Of a DNA stretch of 64,000 bases, positions 24,729 to 36,792 are shown piece after piece. The notes under the pieces are model-generated. The model was not told where the DNA came from. It worked only from the letters and a program-made list of their open reading frames with translations, and made no database searches. The translations under genes and the position numbers were made by a program. Each line of letters begins with the position of its first letter. Within the stretch, counting starts at the first letter, position 1. Source of the DNA: Octopus sinensis (Eukaryota); assembly GCF_006345805.1 (NCBI RefSeq), contig NC_043011.1:22580464-22644463 (forward strand), read 5' to 3'.

Positions 24729-24930
24729 GTTAATCCAAACAAGAAAGCAAAAAAAAACACAACAACGCGAGGACGTGGAACAAATATAGTATTATTGGAC
24801 GCTCAGGAAAGAAGGAAAGAAGGAGGGTTTAACGTTTCGAGCGGAGCTCTTCGTCGGAAACATAGGAGAAGGAAAGATCCAGAGAAGGGAAGACAGAGGA
24901 AAAAAATCGCCAACGGTACACACGAGGTCA
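24705..24930 (-). mobile_element. Penelope-like element terminal (pLTR-like) fragment
   Basis: Carries the CxGAxGA...CGAAACGT signature (hammerhead core); its 3' end abuts (TA)n. Confidence 0.65.
24827..24861 (-). ncRNA. Minimal type I hammerhead ribozyme motif (variant)
   Basis: GUUU-CCGACGA-A-GAGC UCC GCUC-GAAAC-GUU^AAAC: 4-bp stem I, 4-bp stem II, palindromic ACGU stem III; U4C and one extra A. Confidence 0.6.
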
Positions 24931-24949
24931 ATATATATATATATATATA

Positions 24950-25372
24950 CTGTTATTTTTTACTTGTTTCAATCATTGATTGCGACCTTGCTGGGGCACC
25001 ACCTTGAAGGCTTTAGTCGAACAAATCAACCGCAGTGCTTGTTTTGTCAAGCCTGATATTTATTCTATCGGGTACTTTTGCTGAACCGCGAGGTTACAGA
25101 GATGTAAACAAATCAACACCAGTTGTCAAGCGGCGGTGGGGGAGAAACACAAGCAGAAGGACACACACACACATATATAATTCACACATGCATATATACA
25201 TGCATACATACATATATTTACAAGACGGGTTTCTTTCAGTTTGCCTACCACGTTTACTCACGGGGCTTTGATCGACCCAGGGCTAAGTAGAAGATACTTG
25301 TTCAAGGTGTCACGCAGTAGGACTGAACCCGGAACTATGTGCTAGAGGAAGCAAACTTCTCACCATACGGTC
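24950..25372 (-). mobile_element. Older SINE-A
   Basis: Diverged match to the SINE-A head and tail. Confidence 0.8.
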
Positions 25373-25389
25373 ATAAATGTAATCTGTAC

Positions 25390-26685
25390 GGTCGACCTAG
25401 TTAAGGCACGTAGGTTAGGACCCGGTTACTGAAAGATGAACATGTCGCTTCCGGCACGTAAGGCTTACAGGGACCAGGTAAACAATTTAGTTAAACAAAA
25501 GTTGACAGGCGGGGATCGTCAACAACAGGTGGTGGTGAGCGCTCAAAAGAGAGATTAGAGTAATTTCCATAGGTTTTAGCAAAGAAGTAGCGTTAGGTAA
25601 AATAGAAAGGGGGCGGAGCTAGTCGCTAAGTTAGACGAGGCTATTTGTAGTGGCATTGCAACCGACTTGGTAACAGAGAGAATGGCATCAAACCATTTCT
25701 TCAACGCGAAACACGAAGGTTGCATTGTGAGAGCTAAGGGGTGTTTTCTGAGAAACGAGGGAACCAAAGCTGTTCGATGGGTCCGCGTGACGGAGGCGCA
25801 GCGTGGTAACAAAACCACAATTCGGTCTTTGACGGAGCGAGACGGACATGAGCTGAGCGATTCCAGGCAGATGTGTGAGGCTTTCCGCCTGCACTTAGAT
25901 CGGTTGTTCGGGGAGGGGGGGGGGCAGGTCAGAAACGGTAGCGGACTTCAGTCCCTACCTTGACGGCTTGCCAAGTCTCTCGACAGCCGACGCTGAGCGC
26001 TGCGAGAGGCAGATAACTTCAGCCGAAATTCATGATGCCCTTTCAGTTGCACGAGGCGCAAGTCATCCGGTGTTGATGGTCTGCCCATACTTACTTTACG
26101 TAAGTATGCCAGACCTGTTCTCCGATCTCCTCGAAGCGCTGTACTGCAACTGGCAGCAGAACGGGAGCATTCCCAGTCCTGTGAGTCGAGGCGTAGTGAC
26201 GCTGATAAAAGAAGACGAACACAAGAGGGTCACATTAGATAACTTCAGGCTCATTAGTCTGCTTAACACAGAGCTTAAGATTTTGGCCAGGGTGTTAGCA
26301 AAGAGGGCGCTTGTCGTCGAGGATTTGGTTGGGGAGGCACAAACCTGCACAATCCGACCACCTCTATACACGACAACCTCCACCTCATGCCATACATTAT
26401 AGAAAAGGTAGGGTGTAAACCTGGCTTCGGTGGGACTGATAAATTTAGATCAATCGAAAGCATTTGGCAGGGTCGACATCGGTACCTGGAGTCAGTGGAC
26501 TTGCAGCTCGGCACCTAGAGAGGCAAGTCCACGCCATCCAAAAGCGTCGTTGGGCGCTGGACGGACGGACCAGTAAAGTTGCTTGGGGTTTGGTCCGGAC
26601 CAGACCTCCAGGTGGATAAAAATTGGGACGGGGTGACGAGCAGAATAGACAGTCTCACCCAGAAATGGGCTGCGAGGAAGCTGTC
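25390..26685 (+). mobile_element. L1/Tx1-clade LINE ORF2 remnant
   Basis: LGPGY-KMN (end of EN), GCIVRAK, K-SPG.DGLP, NFRLISLLNTELKILARVLAKR, LDQSKAF (RT), then an internal deletion and KLLGVW.GPDLQVDKNW...QKWAARKLS. Confidence 0.88.
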
Positions 26686-27548
26686 AAATCCTGCATTATC
26701 AGTTGAAGAATTGGCAATAAAGCTTAGTTCAAACCATACAACTGTTCATCGTGGTCTTCAACAACTTGGAAAGGTTCCTAAACTTGGAAAACGGGTGCCT
26801 CGTGAATTGTCCGAAAGCAACCGCAAATCCCGAGTTGACATCTGCTCTTCTCTCCATTCTCGCGAAATCATTTCACCCTTTTTGGATAGACTTGTGACTG
26901 GTGACGAAAAATGTATCTTCTATCGAAATGTTAAACGCCGTAAACAGTGACTTGGTAAAAGCGAAAAAGCTAAACCACAATCGAGAAGGGAACTTCATAG
27001 GAAAAAGGTTCTTCTCTCTATCTGGTGAGATTGCAAAGGAGTAATTCACTTTGAATTGTTACCACCTAATGCAACAATCAATGCTCAAGTCTGCTATCAG
27101 CAATTAGAGCGTTTGAACCAAGCTTTGAAGAAAAAAAGATCCGCTTTAGTGAATCGAAAAGGAGTGATGTTTCAACAGGACAATGCGCGACCTCACACTG
27201 CAAAGATCACATCACAGAAGATCGAAGAGATTGGTTGGGAAAAAAAATTCCACATCCACCTTATTCTCCCGGCCTTGCTCCTTCAGACTACTATTTGTTT
27301 CGTAGTTTACAGAATCATTTGGGGGACATAACTTTCGCAAGCCAGGAGGAGGTCGAAACTGACATTTCAGAGTTCTTCGCTTTGAAACCAAAGGAGTTTT
27401 ACATTGATGGGATTAAAAAGCTTGTAAATAGATGGAAGGAAGTCATAGATAATTAGGGAAAGTACATTGATGATTAAATTTCAATTAAATATAACATTTG
27501 ATCACTTGTTTTCTTTATTCAAAATTCAGACAGAACTTATGGGATGAC

Positions 27549-27552
<4 letters not shown>
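26686..27552 (+). pseudogene. Mariner (DD34D) transposon, 5'-deleted, 3' TIR intact
   Basis: RVPREL (WVPHEL), LVTGDEK, FQQDNARPH, HPPYSPGLAPSDYYLF; stops at W codons; ends ...cttatgggatgacctga|TA. Confidence 0.92.
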
Positions 27553-27587
<35 letters not shown>

Positions 27588-28240
27588 ATATATATATATA
27601 TAATATATATATATATATATACACATACATACATACATACATACATACATACATACATGTGTATGTATATGTATGTTTCAGGAATCGATAAATTAAGAGC
27701 CAGTTACGCACTGGGGTCGATGTAATCGACTTATCCCCTACCTCAAAATTTCAGGCCTTGTGCCTATAGTAGAAAGGATTATTATTTACTTTTAATATGC
27801 ATGTTTGTTACAATCACTTGACGAGACACGCCCAGTGTCCTAGGGCGAGTGAAGGATAAGAGGGCGCTTGTCGTCGAGGATTTGGTTGGGGAGGCACAAA
27901 CCTGCACAATCCCGACCACCTCTATACACGACAACCTCCACCTCATGCCATACATTATAGAAAAGGTAGGGTGTAAACCTGGCTTCGGTGGGACTGATAA
28001 ATTAGATCAATCGAAAGCATTTGGCAGGGTCGACATCGGTACCTGGAGTCAGTGGACTTGCAGCTCGGCACCTAGAGAGGCAAGTCCACGCCATCCAAAA
28101 GCGTCGTTGGCGCTGGACGGACGGACCAGTAAAGTTGCTTGGGTTTGGTCCGGACCAGACCTCCAGGTGGATAAAAATTGGGACGGGGTGACGAGCAGAA
28201 TAGACAGTCTCACCCAGAAATGGGCTGCGAGGAAGCTGTC

Positions 28241-29102
28241 AAATCCTGCATTATCAGTTGAAGAATTGGCAATAAAGCTTAGTTCAAACCATACAACTGT
28301 TCATCGTGGTCTTCAACAACTTGGAAAGGTTCCTAAACTTGGAAAACGGGTGCCTCGTGAATTGTCCGAAAGCAACCGCAAATCCCAAGTTGACATCTGC
28401 TCTTCTCTCCATTCTCGCGAACTCATTTCACCCTTTTTGGATAGACTTGTGACTGGTGACGAAAAATGTATCTTCTATCGAAATGTTAAACGCCGTAAAC
28501 AGTGACTTGGTAAAAGCGAAAAAGCTAAACCACAATCGAGAAGGGAACTTCATAGGAAAAAGGTTCTTCTCTCTATCTGGTGAGATTGCAAAGGAGTAAT
28601 TCACTTTGAATTGTTACCACCTAATGCAACAATCAATGCTCAAGTCTGCTATCAGCAATTAGAGCGTTTGAACCAAGCTTTGAAGAAAAAAAGATCCGCT
28701 TTAGTGAATCGAAAAGGAGTGATGTTTCAACAGGACAATGCGCGACCTCACACTGCAAAGATCACATCACAGAAGATCGAAGAGATTGGTTGGGAAAAAA
28801 AATTCCACATCCACCTTATTCTCCCGGCCTTGCTCCTTCAGACTACTATTTGTTTCGTAGTTTACAGAATCATTTGGGGGACATAACTTTCGCAAGCCAG
28901 GAGGAGGTCGAAACTGACATTTCAGAGTTCTTCGCTTGAAACCAAAGGAGTTTTACATTGATGGGATTAAAAAGCTTGTAAATAGATGGAAGGAAGTCAT
29001 AGATAATTAGGGAAAGTACATTGATGATTAAATTTCAATTAAATATAACATTTGATCACTTGTTTTCTTTATTCAAAATTCAGACAGAACTTATGGGATG
29101 AC

Positions 29103-29106
<4 letters not shown>
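28241..29106 (+). pseudogene. Mariner remnant, duplicate copy
   Basis: Near-identical to 26686-27552. Confidence 0.92.
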
Positions 29107-29150
<44 letters not shown>

Positions 29151-29479
29151 ATATTATATATATACACACATACATACATACATACATACATACATACATA
29201 CATACATGTGTATGTATATGTATGTTTCAGGAATCGATAAATTAAGAGCCAGTTACGCACTGGGGTCGATGTAATCGACTTATCCCCTACCTCAAAATTT
29301 CAGGCCTTGTGCCTATAGTAGAAAGGATTATTATTTACTTTTAATATGCATGTTTGTTACAATCACTTGACGAGACACGCCCAGTGTCCTAGGGCGAGTG
29401 AAGGATAAGAGATGCTACAGTATGACTGGAAGCTTGGGGAGGGAAAGTGGCAGGGGCAGAAGCGAAATATCTTCATGTA

Positions 29480-30650
29480 ATGCAACACAGACATTTAAAT
29501 GAATAGGGTTTTTCTAAGCATGTGGGCAGTACAATCTTTTCTCTGAGACATGGTTCACCTGGGATGTTATCTAGATGTTTCTGACATCCCTTTTTTTTTA
29601 TCATACCTAGGGCACCTACAATAACAGAGACAGTTTTTGCTTTAAGATGCCACATCTTTTGTATTTCAATTTCCCAATCCTCATATTTACTTACTTTTCC
29701 AGATTCCTTTACAGATATATTTTTTATCACTGGGAACACTTACATTTACTAGTCTACAAGTATTTTCTTCCCTGTCTTTAATAATTATGCCTGGTCGATT
29801 AGCCTGGATCGTTCTGCCGGTGTTGACTGGAAAATCCCAGAGGAAAGTGGCATTTTTACCTTCAATGACTGGCTTAGGGTGATGTTCATTCCAGTAAACA
29901 GGAGTGCCGATTTTGTAGTGTTTACATCCTTTCCAATGTAAATACTGTCCTACCCGATCGTGGCGATTTTTGCGTTTGTTTTGATGTTAGCACAGGACAT
30001 CTCGAAATGGGATGGTCTATTGTTTCGTTGAATGTGTCCCAGAATCTGCATTTAGAGTCAGAACCGTTTTGAAGAACGTTAGTCTAATAGTTTCTGGTAA
30101 GCAAGCTTTGATCTCGTGCCGCCAATATGAAACCTTCAGTCTCTGCTTTCAGTCCTGAACTTCTCAGCTACTGATGGGTTGTTACTTGGTCTACATCAGC
30201 ATTTCGACTCCGAAGAATATACTGTCCATGCAGGTGCTTCTGGCTCCACCACTCCTGAATTTGTTTCTGTCCGTTCTTTTTTGCAGTCTGCTCCATCCGT
30301 TTTGCTTGTTTGGTGACAGTAGTTTCAGGTTATTCATCTAATTCAGGGTTAATGCCAAGTTTCCTTGCGAATTTGCAAGCTTCCTTGACAATAGAATGTG
30401 ACTTTTCGCACACAAGCCGTAACGTCCAGTCTTCTGTACTAGATAAGTACCAGTTCACTGCTATTGTGGAGGTCTTATAGCACAGTTCTACCGGCATCAA
30501 TCCTCTTTCCCAATTACTTCTAAGTAGGTACAGACGATCAACGTCTGCTTTTGGGCTGTGCATCTTCTTAGATGCTATTAGTTTTCTTATCTTCCTGCCA
30601 GGCCTTTGATCTCCGTAGGGTTCCAGTTAATGATGTTAAAACTATTGTTA
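29480..30650 (-). mobile_element. R4/Dong-clade (RLE-type) LINE 3' remnant
   Basis: PKADVDRLY...RGL; CCHC-like KCRF.DTFNETIDH.ISRCP, RHDRV; ANRP(D)IIIKD and KESGKVSKYEDWEIEIQKMW...VIVGALG, the restriction-like endonuclease domain. Confidence 0.85.
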
Positions 30651-31071
30651 AAAAACCCCAGTAGTCCAATACAGTTTTAACATCATTATTACTACTATTA
30701 TTGTTGTTGTTGTTGTGTTATTTCATCAGCCACCGATAATACAAAAATAGAGGAGAAAATAAATAGCCCTAGTTATTCAAAACTGACGGCGCTGACGTAT
30801 GTAATAATTATGATATATGAACTAACCCTTGTTACTAAACATCATTAACACAAAAAAGACATTATACCAAATGTGCTGTACTGTGCTCCGTTGTGCTGTG
30901 GTATTTATACAGCTAAAAGGAAGCTATCAAAGATCCAATGAATATGTTATTGCCCAGATAGTTAGCTAGATAGGGAGACAGAAAGATAGTCAGTTAGGTA
31001 GATAAATGAATTGTTAGATGTCTAGAAGTACATTATAAAGATAAACGTAGTTTTGAATGTAATTACACACA

Positions 31072-31141
<70 letters not shown>

Positions 31142-31473
31142 GCGTGTATGTGCGCGCGCGTGCGGTGCGTGTGTGATATGTGATGATAGTTTAAGTATTT
31201 CTTATCTGTTATAAGATAAAAACCTTAACACCAAGTGTAATAAGGTAGACATTATTAGATAAATTCTTCCTGGAAATATTAATAAGTTATATGTTTATTT
31301 ATATCCGCTTTTTCGTATTTGTTTCCCCAGAGGATGAAATATAAATAGAAGAATTAAAAAGAAAATAATGTCTACCGACATATTCATAGCGATTTTGCTT
31401 AAAAGTGTAACGACTTTCGTTACGGTAAAAGTATGCATGCGAACATTAAGCATTTTATAGATCTAACATAAAC

Positions 31474-31513
<40 letters not shown>

Positions 31514-31558
31514 AGTGAATGAGTGAGAGAATGAGGGCGAGAGGGTATAAGGGAGTTG

Positions 31559-31791
31559 AAAGCGGCGAGTTGGCAGAAGCGTTAGCACGCCGAGCGAAAT
31601 GCTTTGCGGTATTTCATCTGCCGTTACGTTGTGAGTTCAAATTCCGCCGAGGTCGACTTTGCCTTTCATCCTTTCGGGGTCGATAAATTAAGCACCAGTT
31701 ACGCACTGGGGTCGATGTAATCGACTTAATACCTATGTCTGTCCTTGTTTGTCCCCTCTATGTTTAGCCCCTTGTGGATAATAAAGAAATA
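31559..31791 (+). mobile_element. Young SINE-B with a ~15-bp TSD
   Basis: Flanked by ggt(a/t)taagggagttg. Confidence 0.9.
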
Positions 31792-32084
31792 GGTTTAAGG
31801 GAGTTGGACTAAATGGGTGAGATTCTTGAAATGAGCAACTTCTAGAAATAACAACCAAATCGCTGTCAGATCGCTCCCTACTGTTGAATACTGTGGCCGC
31901 CCTTAAGGTGTGTGAGATTATCGGGTTGGTTGAATGTGTATTTATTGATTGGTAAGAAGTTTAGCTGCGTGTTGCCTCATAAACCAACTCCGAAATTTGT
32001 TGAAATGGAAGTTTATTACAATATTTACATTTTTAATTGCGACCTGCCAGAAGTGTAAAGTGATGTGCTAGAGACGAATGTAGT

Positions 32085-32392
32085 TGATAATTACATTCGG
32101 TTTGTGATCGTGAGGTCGTGAGTTCCACTCCTGGCGGCACATTGTGCCCTTGAGAAAAAAATCATTTTCACGTTTTTCCACTCCACTCAGCTGGCAAATA
32201 TGAGTTGCACCTGTTGTTCAGTTGACCAACCATGTCACAGTCAGTGTGTCACGCTGAATTTCTCTGAGAACTACGTCAAGGTTATGCGTGCCTGTGAAGT
32301 ACTCAACCACTTGGCATGTTAATTTCATGAGCAGGCTGTTCCATTGATCGAATCAACAAGAACACTCGTCGTCGTAACTGACGGAAACCCCA
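32085..32392 (+). mobile_element. Older SINE-C-related copy (tail type 2)
   Basis: Diverged head; gtgtcacgctgaatt...gagaactacgt...ctcgtcgtcgtaactgacgg tail. Confidence 0.7.
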
Positions 32393-32399
32393 GCCAACA

Positions 32400-32750
32400 G
32401 AAGAGATTCAGCTTCACATGAGCGGCGGGAATAATGCTTTGGTTGTCCTAATTGAAGATTCCTGTTAACTAGGGGCTGAGCTTCAGCCAAGGAAACTTGT
32501 CGATTTGAAACTCTTGTTGCTTGTGTTTCCGAAGTGCCGCTTTCTGATTTGTTTACGCGCGTTGATCTACTGGAACAAAATAGGACATTCTCTCATATGG
32601 GGGGATATTCCAGCAAAGTGATTGGTTAAAAACTAGGACACGTCCCCTCACCTGTGACGTGGACCTAGTTGCTGAAGCTGTAAAGTTTCGATACTAGCCT
32701 CGAGAGCGTCTTTACCTAGTTGCTCATCAGGCCTGAACGCATCCAATTTC
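32400..32750 (-). mobile_element. Possible Penelope-like terminal fragment with a decayed hammerhead
   Basis: Minus strand CTGATGA (32730-32724)...CGAAAC (32690-32685) with a partial stem II. Confidence 0.4.
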
Positions 32751-33143
32751 TTACACACACACACATAGAATGAGGGAGAGAGAGAGGGAGGGAGGGAAGA
32801 AGAAGAAGAAGAAGAAGAAGAAGAAGAAGAAGAAGAAATCCCATCGCTGGGTTGATATTTTATTTATCGCTGCAAGGTAGAAAGTCAAGGGCGGCAATGG
32901 AGCTATGTCACAGGCCAGGCCGCAGTATGCGATGAATATTCTGACGCCTCAAAAAATAAATGAAAAGTGAATTTAACAGTTTTTCGGGATGGGGGTTGTA
33001 GCTAAAATATTTCTTTTACGATGAAATTGCTTTAGTTTCAACACATGTTCTCAGATCAAGTCAATTCCGAAATATCTCATTATAAAGATACGGAAGTAGA
33101 GATAGTCGAAATATGAAACTGAAAACAGAACCAATCTTAAAAC

Positions 33144-33388
33144 ATTGTGCTGAGTCAAAAGTTTTGTAATATTCTATTTACTTTATTCGTCAAGTTACAA
33201 CGAAAGCAGCCTAGTATTCAAAGTAGAGGCCATCGTGTTGTCAGTTCTTCGATCCCACGCTCATACCAGTTCTTGTTCTTCGGGACGAAGAACGCTTTTA
33301 CTGAATCTTCCACCTCCTCATGGTTGATGAAGCGCTGCCAGCGCAAGAAGTGAGCCATGGGCTGGAACAAGTAATAATCCGAGGGAGA
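33144..33388 (-). mobile_element. Mariner 3' end with TIR, inverted copy
   Basis: Reverse complement aligns (~80% by eye) to 33751-34012. Confidence 0.82.
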
Positions 33389-34012
33389 TACTTTTTCGCA
33401 AATCTAATGTGCATAAGTAGTGGTTTAGCAAGAGCCAGCTTCCGGAACCTGTCGCCAAACATGGGCTCTTCGAACACAAAGTGATTCTCTGTGTCCGCTG
33501 GAATTATGTGGGGATAATTCACCACGAGTTCGTTGCCGACGGTCGAACCATCAATGCCAACCTGTACTCCGAACAACTGGAGCGGATGTATGCCATTGTG
33601 AGGTAAAAATACCTGGCATTGGTTAACAAAAAGTGAGCTCTTCTGCAGCAAGACAACGCGAGACCTCATACCACTCGATCGACCTGGAATAAACCCCAGG
33701 AAGATGAGGGAATCGAACTGATGCTACACCCAGCATATAGATCGGACCTAGCTCTCTCGGATTGTTACTTGTTCCAATCCATGGCTTACTTCCTGCGCTG
33801 GCTACGCTTCATCAACTAAGGAAAAGTGGAAGCTTCAGTGAAGGAGTTCCTCGCTTCGAAGGACAAAAACTGGTATGAGTGTGGGATCAAAGAACTGGCA
33901 GAAAGGTGGTTTCAGACAGTACAACACGATGGCTTCTACTTTGAAGTCTAGGATGCTTTTATTGTAACTTGAGGAATAAAGCAAACAATTTATCAAAATA
34001 TTGCAAAACTTA
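33389..34012 (+). pseudogene. Mariner transposase C-terminal remnant (second family)
   Basis: KVILCVRWNYVGIIHHE, LQQDNARPH, HPAYRSDLALSDCYLF, GIKELAERW...HDGFYFE. Confidence 0.88.
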
Positions 34013-34195
34013 ACAGCATTTCATCCGTGTTTACGTTGAGTTCAAATTCCACCGGGGTCGATTTCGCCTTTCATTCTTTCGGGGCAATAAAATAAGTATC
34101 AGTTGATCACTGGGGTCGATATAATCAACTTTCACCCTGCCCCGAAATTACTGGCCCTGTGCCAAAATTTCAAATCATTATTATTCGTGGAAGGA

Positions 34196-34575
34196 AGGCA
34201 GCAAGCTGGTAGAATCATAAGCACGTCAGACAAAATGCTCAGTAACATTTCTTCCGGCTATTTACGTTCTAAGTTCAAATCCCGCTGGCGACGACTTGGC
34301 CTTTCATTTCGGGATGATATAAGTACCAGTCGAATACTGAGGTCGATGCAATTCATAAAAATTTCAGACCTCTAGCCTGCAGAATTGTTAGCGCGCTGGA
34401 CTGGTCGAAATGTTTAGCGGCATTGTTTCCAGTTGTGAGTTCAAATTCTGCCAAGGTTGACATTGCCTTTCGGGGTCGAATAAATAAGTACCGGTTGAGT
34501 ACTAGAGTTGATGTAATCGACTAGCACCCCTCCCCCAAATTGCAGGCCTTGTGTCTATAGTAAAAAAAGAATTAT
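34196..34575 (+). mobile_element. Two older SINE-B copies in tandem
   Basis: Diverged ggcagcaagctggtagaatc and gcctgcagaattgttagcg heads with the ggggtcga core. Confidence 0.7.
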
Positions 34576-35394
34576 TACTCGTAGAAGAGTGATCTGATCA
34601 AAGCAATATATTATAACGACTCCGAAAGATTTTAAGTTGCTGTAAAAAAAAAAATTTGAAGCGCTGTATATCAGAGAAGTGAAATGTCGTCATATAGAAA
34701 AATAACAAGACAACAAGAAACAAATCCAGATAATTTATGGATCTACGTGCCTTTTGATTCAACAGATTTCATTTGATTGATTACTACAAAATATACAAAA
34801 TTATTCTGTCTATTTTGGGCAGCCGGAGATTCATCATTCCCGTCTATGCTTCTACGTCTTACTTCCGTAAATATCTCCTTAGATTTAAGTGGTATGAATA
34901 TAGTTAACTACCTACATTCCTCCACGCACGCACGCGCGCACACACACACATATGTACATACAGTTTTACGTAATACGTATATATATAATGTAAAGAGCTT
35001 GATAAAATACTGATTTTTTTCCCGTGTGAAACACCAATCTTATCATTGTGGACTCGCAGAGCCACGTAGTGCACAATGTAATATTTAGCAACTTCTACCC
35101 AAAGCCTCCCAGAGAAACTTTTCATGGTGGAACACAACCAATTTTGGTCAACCTACTTTCGGCAGTGGGAGGGGAGCACGCATCCAGAAATCAAGGGACG
35201 GTGAAAAAGAGAAAAGCCTCGTTAGGTTTGTTTTACCGGGATCTGGAACACTATACCAACTGAATCTCCTTCTTATAGGCCCTGCCAGTAGGTACTTCTG
35301 TATCATAGTTTCACCCTGGTATCTAGGAATTTAGACAGACCGATATTTCACTGTGTCCGGATTACTTGGTACTAGAACGGAAATAACTGCAAGC

Positions 35395-35567
35395 AGACGT
35401 AGGTGTGTGGTTAGAAACTTGGTTCACAGCCACATTTTTCCGGGTTCAGTCCCGGAACCATGTGGCACCTTGCGTGACACCTTGGGCAAGTATCTTCAAC
35501 TATTGCCTCGTGCCGACCAAAGCCTTGTGAGTAAATTTGGTAGACGGAAACTGAAGGAATCTCGTCC

Positions 35568-35606
<39 letters not shown>

Positions 35607-35865
35607 TATATATATATGTATGTATGTGTGTATGTGTCTGTCAGTGTGTCTTTGTGTCTGTGTTTGTCCCCCATCATCGCTTTACAACTGGTATTGGTGT
35701 GTTTACGTCCCCGTAACTTAGCGATTCGGCAAAGAGACCGATAGAATAAGTATTAGGACTTAAAAATAAGTCCTGGGGTCGAATTGTTCGACAAAAACAC
35801 CCCAAGGCGGTGCTCCAGCATGGCTGCAGTCAAATGACTGAAACAAACAAAAGAAATAAAAACAG
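35395..35865 (+). mobile_element. Older SINE-A
   Basis: Diverged head, body and tail. Confidence 0.82.
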
Positions 35866-36329
35866 CAGCAAACACACACACACACACAGAGGCACACACG
35901 CACACACACGCACACACACACACAGGCACGCACGCACACACACACACACACACACATGTGCACTATGTAAAACGAGTGTGATTGTTTGCATGCAATTACA
36001 CAAATAAGATATAGGTGTGTATGTATGCACATATGTATGTATGTATGTTTGTAAGTAAAAAGATATGGTACTTACCAAGCAAAGGATGGTAGTCCCCAAT
36101 GAATCGCTTCGTAAGATATCGCACCAAAATTGCTGTTAAATAGAAAAAAAAAATTATGGCTTTAACGATTGCTTCTAGCTCGGGCTCAAATACAGAAATT
36201 TGGTGGAGTGAGGAGGTTAGTCTATTAAATCGACCCCTTTACCTTGACTGACAGTTTATTTTATTGACCCTGGAAGGACAGTTTATTTTATTGACCCTGG
36301 AAGGGATTTAAACTCAGAAAGCATAAATT

Positions 36330-36792
36330 CAGATTTTCTTGTATTTTGGGAGGGTCATTATGTCAATAACAAATACGCGAACTGGTTCCGTTTTATTTCT
36401 TTTGTTGTTATTAGTCAACGAGTTAATTATTTAACCAAGTATCTAATCTATTGTTGGATTAATCGTTCGGTCAATAAATTCTTCAGTTGAGCTCGTCAAA
36501 ATCCTTTCGATGTAATTTGTGACCTTACAAGGATATGCTTTCTCTACTCCAGGTTTATTTCAGGTCTGTCCGTCTGTCTCTAGTCGGCATTGAAGGGGTA
36601 CACGAAGAGCGATGAAAAGGCTTTGACGAACCTAGCTGATTGATTGATTGACCAAACTATTTCAAATAATCGATTTGCTAATTGGTTAAATGTTTAACTA
36701 GTTGACTAATGATAATGAGGGAAGTGAAATAAATCCAGTACATGACTTTATTATTGTATAATGACCTTCTCGAGATATAACAACAAAATCTG
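36330..36792. repeat. Degenerate long inverted repeat (~180-bp arms, ~100-bp loop)
   Basis: 36330-36511 aligns collinearly with the reverse complement of 36612-36792, e.g. ggtcattatgtcaataa/ggtcattatacaataa and ttagtcaacgagttaattatttaaccaa/ttagtcaactagttaaacatttaaccaa. Confidence 0.85.

Larger units (their letters stand above)
26301..29411 (+). repeat. Tandem duplication of a ~1.55-kb unit (26301-27857; 27858-29406)
   Basis: Both units carry the Tx1 piece, mariner, TA tract and SINE-B end; AAGAG microhomology at 26301, 27858 and 29407. Confidence 0.95.

Noticed and set aside
32632-32669. 14-bp imperfect hairpin with CRE-like and CCAAT-like motifs nearby
   Set aside because: Short motifs of this kind occur by chance; no supporting gene or transcription evidence.
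35048-35300. Weak Tc1/IS630-like transposase similarity
   Set aside because: Only vague motif resemblance; no clear DDE residues or TIRs.
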